In this document: piece after piece, positions 34,198 to 39,788 of the stretch
Position numbering within the stretch: position 1 is the first letter of the stretch
How the letters are laid out: every line of letters starts with the position of its first letter
Origin: a virus
Taxonomy: Duplodnaviria; Caudoviricetes
Virus record (IMG/VR): IMGVR_UViG_3300036825_000021
Span: 1 to 39,788 of that record
Reading direction: 5' to 3' (one strand)
Length of the DNA: 39,788 nt
Notes under the pieces: model-generated
What the model was told of the DNA's origin: nothing
Databases searched by the model: none
The model's input: only the letters and a program-made list of their open reading frames with translations
Position numbers and translations under genes: made by a program

Positions 34198-35507
34198 CAG
34201 AATTCACCTGCTTTCCATGTCGGTCCTGGATCAATTTCTCCCGGAGGTTGTTGTAATTGAATTCCTTCCTGTCCAGCGACATACCCATCCTCGATGATGA
34301 TTGAGCACTCTTCACCGGTGCTGACTCGAGTCGCTATGGCCTGTAATCCCTCAGCTTCCAGCCACTGCCCAAACTCCTGAAGGCTCTCCATATCCATCTG
34401 CTCCAACTTGTCGAGCAGAATAAACCCACAATCTGGTTTTAACTTACGAACAATGGCCGTAGACACCTTTAACTGATCGGATCCGCTCATGTTATCCCAC
34501 CGTTGCCCCTTATAGATCAACTCCCCATCATCGACGGACAGTCCTGGTAGCGGTAAATTCGCGTTCGTCAGGAGCTCCGCCTTCTGCGAGCGGATGTCAT
34601 TAATCTCAGTGGTCAACTGGTCATATTGCACGCGATAATCGCTGGCATCTGTCTCAGCCTTGTCTTTGTCAAGATTAGCCCGGACCTTGCGATTTATCTC
34701 ATCGATCTGCCGAATGTTGGCCTGTAGCTCTTCGGTAGACTCGTCGAGTAGGTCTAAGGCATCCTTCTTAGCAATATCCAGATCTTCCGCAAATTGAGCG
34801 CGTTTGATATGTGCCTCGTTGAGCAATGCTTCTAAACGTTCTAGTTCACGCTGCTGTTGGTCATAGGCAGCTTGAATCTGCGTCAGTCGTTGCCGTTTCC
34901 GTTGATTCTCCCCGTTGCGTGCCAGAATTCCCTGTTGCTGTTGAATAAGCTCAGAAGCTGAAACAGGCTCTTTCGGTGCGTCTGGATGATAGATTTGTTC
35001 CTTGGCAAACTTGGCCTTCTGATCCGCGATCTGTCCGATGGTATGACGTCGGTTGTAGACCTCTTGCTCCTTGACTTCAAATTCATGAAGTTGTTGGCCA
35101 ACTCCGATAATGCGAAGCAGGATATTGGCTTTCTCCTTATTGGAAGCGTTCATGAACTTGGGAAGGTCAATGGCCAACTCTTCTACGAAACTATCAAGGA
35201 GCTGCTGACCACCTTTCTGACCATTGGGATCAAGGACTTTCAAATCTGAGTTTTTACCTTTTCGCTCCACGATCAGTCCATTGGACATTGTGATATGCAG
35301 ATATGGTGGAATTACTGATCCGTCACGTGAAGCCTGCGAAGGACGATACTTATTACCTCCTAGCGCCCAGGCGATGCCGTCCAGCACACTTGTTTTACCT
35401 TGATTATTCTTGCCGCCCACCAGGGTAAGCCCATTCGGTGTCGGCTCGATCTTAACCGCCTTAACCCGTTTTACATTTTCGATTTCAAGCTTATTTATTT
35501 TGATCAT
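34197..35507 (-). CDS. SMC/Rad50-like ABC ATPase with coiled coil
   Basis: IENVK, GKNNQGKTS, signature MSGSDQ and Walker B ILLD. Confidence 0.88.
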   Translation of the reverse strand: MIKINKLEIENVKRVKAVKIEPTPNGLTLVGGKNNQGKTSVLDGIAWALGGNKYRPSQASRDGSVIPPYLHITMSNGLIVERKGKNSDLKVLDPNGQKGGQQLLDSFVEELAIDLPKFMNASNKEKANILLRIIGVGQQLHEFEVKEQEVYNRRHTIGQIADQKAKFAKEQIYHPDAPKEPVSASELIQQQQGILARNGENQRKRQRLTQIQAAYDQQQRELERLEALLNEAHIKRAQFAEDLDIAKKDALDLLDESTEELQANIRQIDEINRKVRANLDKDKAETDASDYRVQYDQLTTEINDIRSQKAELLTNANLPLPGLSVDDGELIYKGQRWDNMSGSDQLKVSTAIVRKLKPDCGFILLDKLEQMDMESLQEFGQWLEAEGLQAIATRVSTGEECSIIIEDGYVAGQEGIQLQQPPGEIDPGPTWKAGEF

Positions 35508-35655
35508 GCAACAGTTCTCCTTCGTCGCTAACTTTTAATATAGATGCTATGCAATGAGTGCAGACTTTCCGATCGTTCCAGTTCCGGATAAGTCGGATAT
35601 TTACAATGTGGCCACAGACTTCACAGCGGACAATACTGGACAGTTTAATGACCAT
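35491..35655 (-). CDS. 54-aa zinc-finger protein (CEVC...CTHC)
   Basis: Fills the operon gap; RBS AAGGATGG; below the ORF-track length cutoff. Confidence 0.6.
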   Translation of the reverse strand: MVIKLSSIVRCEVCGHIVNIRLIRNWNDRKVCTHCIASILKVSDEGELLHDQNK

Positions 35656-35657
35656 AC

Positions 35658-35909
35658 TTAAACCATCCTTGCTTCTAGTTCTTCAATTTGAGCGCACAGA
35701 TCCATTTGCCATTGCATGTCGCCCATTTCGTGGGCCATAAAGGCAAGTTCTTTCAATCCGTCCAATTTATACACCAGATCGTGGTTTTCACGGAGGAGCT
35801 TCAAGATCAGCCGCAGCTCGAGGTTGCCAACGATCAAGTTTCCGTTCTGGTCAAGATTCATATGAACGATTTGCGCCAGTTTACGATGTACCTGATGGAT
35901 GGCCAACAT
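35658..35909 (-). CDS. Hypothetical phage protein, 83 aa
   Basis: TAATG coupling to the AbrB gene. Confidence 0.75.
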   Translation of the reverse strand: MLAIHQVHRKLAQIVHMNLDQNGNLIVGNLELRLILKLLRENHDLVYKLDGLKELAFMAHEMGDMQWQMDLCAQIEELEARMV

Positions 35910-36163
35910 TATGAGAGACCCTGAAGTTTAGCAATTTTGGATATACAATCCTGACAAATCGGCTTATCAGAAAGATATACAATGCCATCCAAGCTGCCGC
36001 ACAGGGTGCAGCCAGGCGAATACTTCTTCAAGACAATCTTGTCTCCGTCCATAAAGATTTCCATTGCATCTCCTTCTGCGATCCCCAACGTACGGCGCAG
36101 CTCCTTTGGTATTACCACACGACCCAAATCATCAATACGACGAACAATTCCAGTAGCTTTCAT
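35909..36163 (-). CDS. abrB: AbrB-family regulator with C-terminal Zn ribbon
   Basis: MKATGIVRRIDDLGRVVIPKELRRTLGI...CTLCG...ICQDC; RBS AAGGAG. Confidence 0.92.
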   Translation of the reverse strand: MKATGIVRRIDDLGRVVIPKELRRTLGIAEGDAMEIFMDGDKIVLKKYSPGCTLCGSLDGIVYLSDKPICQDCISKIAKLQGLS

Positions 36164-36240
36164 ACTTGCATCTCCTTCTGGCCAGTGGTACACTGACCTC
36201 AACTATTATTTTTTGATGACCTTACCTGACCTGACGGCTC

Positions 36241-36426
36241 CTACCCCGTTGGGTCATTTTCATGTTTCGGCACTTCTGGAACAGTTATTTCCACAGCCCC
36301 GACCCAATCGCTCAGACAATTTACATCACATAGCAATTCGCGGCCAAATCGGATAACAGTGCGACCTATTATGATCTCAGCTCCACATTGACTGCAGTAA
36401 TCTATAACTTCAGGCTGATCACTCAT
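36241..36426 (-). CDS. Small zinc-finger protein (CSQC...CDVNC)
   Basis: RBS GGGGGTGA. Confidence 0.7.
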   Translation of the reverse strand: MSDQPEVIDYCSQCGAEIIIGRTVIRFGRELLCDVNCLSDWVGAVEITVPEVPKHENDPTG

Positions 36427-36465
36427 TCGCTTATCTCACCCCCTCTCAAGGCAGCAACGGCAACA

Positions 36466-36624
36466 CTATTGCCCTGCCTCCATTTCCGCTATCTCTTTAT
36501 CCAGCCACCAAACCGCAGCCTCTGGTTCGTCTACTAGCAAACGTCCATTCTGGATCTGCCACCGTCTTCGGCGAAGCTCCATACGTCTCCACATCTGGTC
36601 AGCTGACACAGCTTGTTGCCGCAT
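36466..36624 (-). CDS. Hypothetical protein, 52 aa
   Basis: RBS AAGGAGG; MRQQAVSADQMWRRMELRRRRWQIQNG... Confidence 0.65.
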   Translation of the reverse strand: MRQQAVSADQMWRRMELRRRRWQIQNGRLLVDEPEAAVWWLDKEIAEMEAGQ

Positions 36625-36790
36625 TGATTTCAGCCTCCTTGTTCATCCGTATCAGCGTTTCGACGATTTCATATCGAGCTGCACCAATCTTGCCAAGATG
36701 ACGAGCATCACTTGCCTGGATAGAGGCTTCAATAGCACGGTCCAGGTGAAGCTTAGCAGCAGCCAATTCGGCTTGAATGTTAATGATCAT
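36599..36790 (-). CDS. Hypothetical protein, 63 aa
   Basis: RBS AAAGGAG. Confidence 0.7.
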   Translation of the reverse strand: MIINIQAELAAAKLHLDRAIEASIQASDARHLGKIGAARYEIVETLIRMNKEAEINAATSCVS

Positions 36791-36850
36791 GCGCGTTCTC
36801 CTTTCAGGTATAAATTTTACGAAGGCGGTTATCCTGACTTTAAGAGAAGC

Positions 36851-37054
36851 TCACACCTCAGAAAGGCAACTTGCTCTCTCCTGTTCAGCTATCCACTCGA
36901 TTAATGTTGATTTCCGGATACGCCAGGTTCCACAAAGTTTTATTCCGTGTAGTTTCTTAGCTCTACACCAACTGTAGACTGCACTCCGTGAAACTCCCAA
37001 ATACTCCCCGACTTGCTCAGCAGTTAAGAGGTTCGGCATATTGTCTAGATCCAT
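36851..37054 (-). CDS. HTH_17 excisionase-like protein
   Basis: LLTAEQVGEYLGVSRSAVYSWCRAKKL...WRIRKSTLIEWI. Confidence 0.88.
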   Translation of the reverse strand: MDLDNMPNLLTAEQVGEYLGVSRSAVYSWCRAKKLHGIKLCGTWRIRKSTLIEWIAEQERASCLSEV

Positions 37055-37286
37055 CTTGGCTCACCCCCTGACCTTTATCCACCGACTGATCCGAAGCATC
37101 GAATAGGTAATCAATACTACTTTCTGGAAAAAAGGCATCTTTAATGGCGAAAGCTTCATCGACATGCATTCTGTACTTTCCGTTGATCTTGTCCCCTACG
37201 GTAGACCGCCTTTTGTTTAGAGTCTTAGCAATATCAGTCACAGTGATGTTTTTCTTGATCATTTCAATCCGAAGATTGCTATACAC
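37017..37286 (-). CDS. Cro-like HTH protein
   Basis: First gene of the early operon; NLRIEMIKKNITVTDIAKTL...KINGK; RBS GAGGGGGTG. Confidence 0.85.
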   Translation of the reverse strand: MYSNLRIEMIKKNITVTDIAKTLNKRRSTVGDKINGKYRMHVDEAFAIKDAFFPESSIDYLFDASDQSVDKGQGVSQDGSRQYAEPLNC

Positions 37287-37306
37287 CTTGCCACCCCCTC
37301 TCTAGA

Positions 37307-37460
37307 TGAACGCAATTTCGTTTGCGATGACTTGACTATAAACGATATAGCGGTCATCGTCAACCTAAATTTCGTTCTTTTGAACAATATTCCGTTCACA
37401 AACTCCTTTACAACCTAATGTATATCATGTATCATAAGCTTGTGAACGATAAATCGTTCA
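37307..37460. promoter_or_regulatory. Lysis/lysogeny switch: divergent promoters and TGAACG-N6-CGTTCA operators
   Basis: Operators at 37307-37324, 37339-37356, 37381-37398 and 37443-37460. Lytic promoter TTGACG-17-TATAGT (37363-37335); repressor promoter TTTACA-17-TATCAT (37407-37435). Confidence 0.85.
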
Positions 37461-37487
37461 AATCTAAAATGAAAGGTGAGTCTTAAA

Positions 37488-37835
37488 TTGGAGAGAGCTA
37501 AAATATTAGTCCGACTAATTAAAGAAAAAGGCTATCCCAGCAATAGAGCATTTGCTGAAGAAATTGGCATCCCGCCTACTACCTTGCAATCAATGCTAAC
37601 TAGAGGGATAGGAAAAGCATCTGTTGATAATGTAATAAAGATATGTCGAGCTCTAGGAATTACTGTGGACGAGCTTCAGGAGATGTCTAAAAAGAACGAG
37701 ACAGAAGCTGAACTTGAAATTCAAACCATCGCAGCTCACCACGACGGCTACGACTGGACTGAAGAAGAATTACTGGAAATAGAGAAGTTTAAAGAATTTG
37801 TGCGATCCAAAAAAAGTCAAGAAAACAACAAGTAA
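37488..37835 (+). CDS. CI/ImmR-like XRE repressor
   Basis: HTH RAFAEEIGIPPTTLQSML; C-terminal TIAAHHDG..WTEEEL; TTG start after RBS AAAGGTGAG. Confidence 0.92.
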   Translation: MERAKILVRLIKEKGYPSNRAFAEEIGIPPTTLQSMLTRGIGKASVDNVIKICRALGITVDELQEMSKKNETEAELEIQTIAAHHDGYDWTEEELLEIEKFKEFVRSKKSQENNK

Positions 37836-37855
37836 CTGCTGCCAGGAGTGGTGTT

Positions 37856-38329
37856 ATGGTATATGATCTATTGCTTCAAAAAGCCTACCTACTGTTAATA
37901 GAGGTCATAGAGCGCCCTTTGGTTGGCAACTTAAAGGGGATATATGCGGACGGAGTTATCTGTATTGACAGCAGACTTGAAACGAAAATAGAGAAAGCTT
38001 GTAAGCTCGCAGAGGAAATTGGTCATCACGAAACCAGCGCAGGAGATATTCTAAAGCAAGATTGCGTTAATCATAGGAAACAAGAAAAGAAAGCGAAAAA
38101 CTGGGGCTACGAGGAATTGGTGCCACTATCGTCATTCCTTCTGGGACACGAAGCTGGAGTCAGAAATATTTATGAATTCGCTGAGTTACTTGGTGTGACA
38201 GATGATTTCTTAATCAATGCAATCGATCACTATTGGGAAGTTTACGGACCTTACACGATGTACAAGCCTGCAAATGATGAATACATAATTTACTTCGATC
38301 CTGTCGCGGTAATTAAAATTTTTAAATAA
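37856..38329 (+). CDS. ImmA/IrrE-family metallopeptidase (anti-repressor)
   Basis: LAEEIGHH...QEKKA motif; lies between the repressor and the integrase. Confidence 0.88.
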   Translation: MVYDLLLQKAYLLLIEVIERPLVGNLKGIYADGVICIDSRLETKIEKACKLAEEIGHHETSAGDILKQDCVNHRKQEKKAKNWGYEELVPLSSFLLGHEAGVRNIYEFAELLGVTDDFLINAIDHYWEVYGPYTMYKPANDEYIIYFDPVAVIKIFK

Positions 38330-38375
38330 CCTACGGACATAAGCCGCTTGGGGCGGCTTCACATACAGATTTAAC

Positions 38376-38389
38376 AGAACATACATTCG
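38376..38389 (+). promoter_or_regulatory. LexA (Cheo) box-like site upstream of the integrase
   Basis: AGAACATACATTCG has one core mismatch to GAAC-N4-GTTC. Confidence 0.5.
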
Positions 38390-38410
38390 TGAAAGGAGGT
38401 GAAATAACCA

Positions 38411-39622
38411 ATGGGGAGAAAACCGAAAGAACCTAAAGAGGAAATTAAGTATCCAGGTGTACGTTCGGAAAATGGTAGACATACTTATCGTTACAGCGTT
38501 CCGGTGCCTGGAAAAAAAGGAAGAAAACAAAAAGAAACCCCTAGCTATCCAACGGCAAAAGAGGCCTTTGAAGCAGGAATTAAGATCAAAGCCCAACTCT
38601 TAAATGGAACTTACTTCGAAGAAAGAGATATCATATTTGACGATTTTGTAATGGAATGGCTCAAAATGTATGAAGCAACTGGCAAAGTAAAAAACACGAC
38701 TGTCGATATTCGTATGCGTGAATTAAAAAAATGCAAAAAATACTTTGGGCATAAAAAAATTGGGGATATATCCAAGAAAGATTATCAAATGATGCTTGAC
38801 GATCAAAAAAAACAAGAGTATTCGCTAAACTCAATTAAACTCCTACATTCAGCATGCTCACTTGTTTTCAAAAAAGCTGTTGATTTAGAAATGATTAAGT
38901 CTGACCCCACTTCTAGCGCTGAAATACCTACCTATCAAGCTACTGTTGAAGAGTTAGAAAATAAAACTGAGATTCCTAAATACATGGAAAAGGAGGAATT
39001 GATACGTTTCCTCAAAGTAGTTAAGAAACATGGAGATAGGCAGGATTTCAACCTTTTTTATCTTATAGCCTATACGGGAATGAGAATTGGGGAAATGAGC
39101 GCACTAAATAAAAACAAAGATATTAACAGGGCTGAGAAATTCATTTCTATAACAAAGACGCTCTATTGCAAAAAGAAAATCAAAGAGTATGTCATTAACA
39201 CACCTAAAACAAAAGCATCACGACGAGAAATTGATATTACTGACAGCGTCGTCGATGTTTTAGATGATCAAATTGCATGGCTAAATGAATTTAAAATGGC
39301 AAATCGAAAAACCTACTATGATGCTGGATTCCTATTCGTGAATACACGAAGAAATCCGGGGTATCCCGAAGCCCATCCGAACATCACTTTGAGAATGAAG
39401 ACTTATCTGGAAATCGCGGGTCTGCCATTATCCCTGACCCCTCATAGTCTAAGACATACTCACGTGTCCTTATTAGCCGAGGTAGGAGTGGCACTTGAAA
39501 CAATACAAAAACGTATGGGTCATAGTAGTGATGAAGTAACCCGTCTGATTTACTTACACGTAACCAAGAAGAGAAGAAAAGAAGCTCCTGAAAAATTTGA
39601 AAAGCTCATGAATAGTTTATAG
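38411..39622 (+). CDS. int: Tyrosine integrase
   Basis: Catalytic motifs TGMRIGE, KT, HSLRHT, MGH and IYLH. Confidence 0.97.
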   Translation: MGRKPKEPKEEIKYPGVRSENGRHTYRYSVPVPGKKGRKQKETPSYPTAKEAFEAGIKIKAQLLNGTYFEERDIIFDDFVMEWLKMYEATGKVKNTTVDIRMRELKKCKKYFGHKKIGDISKKDYQMMLDDQKKQEYSLNSIKLLHSACSLVFKKAVDLEMIKSDPTSSAEIPTYQATVEELENKTEIPKYMEKEELIRFLKVVKKHGDRQDFNLFYLIAYTGMRIGEMSALNKNKDINRAEKFISITKTLYCKKKIKEYVINTPKTKASRREIDITDSVVDVLDDQIAWLNEFKMANRKTYYDAGFLFVNTRRNPGYPEAHPNITLRMKTYLEIAGLPLSLTPHSLRHTHVSLLAEVGVALETIQKRMGHSSDEVTRLIYLHVTKKRRKEAPEKFEKLMNSL

Positions 39623-39642
39623 TGTGGGGATCTTGTGGGGAA
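39623..39642 (+). promoter_or_regulatory. Integrase arm-type binding sites
   Basis: Matches 241-260. Confidence 0.75.
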
Positions 39643-39678
39643 AACCTCATGAAATCGTTGATTTAATGCGAATTGTAC

Positions 39679-39690
39679 CGCATTTCTGTC
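39679..39690 (+). repeat. att core (right junction) CGCATTTCTGTC
   Basis: Identical to 116-127. Confidence 0.9.
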
Positions 39691-39788
39691 ATATACAAAA
39701 TGTTTGGGTCATGCCGCAGAGACTCTACCCCTACCTCCATTAATTCCTCGTTCGCAGCCTGTATTGGAATAATTCGGTGCCCCTTAAT
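39679..39788 (-). pseudogene. 5' part of the interrupted host ATPase gene; runs off the window
   Basis: IKGHRIIPIQAANEELMEVGVESLRHDPNILYMTEMR resembles the LRxxPDxIxxxExR Walker B region. In the lysogen it ends ...MRYNSH-stop. Confidence 0.75.

Larger units (their letters stand above)
116..39690. mobile_element. Complete prophage (siphovirus-type; A118/SPP1-like head and tail genes; probably headful packaging); excised circle 39,563 bp
   Basis: Integrase, repressor, replication, terminase, portal, capsid, tail, holin and lysin modules all lie between 12-bp direct repeats. Confidence 0.95.

Noticed and set aside
37856-38329. ImmA inactive because the motif is EExxH rather than HExxH
   Set aside because: The LAEExGH variant is common in Bacillota prophage ImmA-like proteins and is not evidence of decay.

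Overview
The window is an apparently complete ~39.6 kb temperate siphophage prophage of a spore-forming Bacillota host, probably Paenibacillus (inferred from the stalk-domain proteins and holin/lysin type). It is bounded by a 12-bp direct repeat CGCATTTCTGTC (116-127 and 39679-39690). Rejoining the two flanks gives one continuous minus-strand reading frame with motifs of a pilus/secretion ATPase (CpaF/TadA-VirB11-ComGA superfamily), so the phage interrupts a host gene. Modules from right to left: lysogeny (tyrosine integrase, ImmA, CI/Cro switch with operators); early and replication genes (AbrB, SMC-like ATPase, Sak4, SSB, SF2 helicase, primase-helicase, iteron origin, RusA); a late activator; packaging and head genes, including a MuF-EndoU toxin with an immunity gene; tail; lysis; and an accessory left end. 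The most unusual content is missing from the ORF track. (i) Two related cassettes each encode two small membrane peptides and an HTH regulator, with operator palindromes and an internal antisense promoter. (ii) A third peptide gene looks like a type I toxin. (iii) A ~220-nt structured RNA with alternative terminator/antiterminator folds shares a sequence motif with that gene's leader. (iv) A duplicated terS start flanks one cassette. All family assignments were made by eye from motifs; no searches were run.
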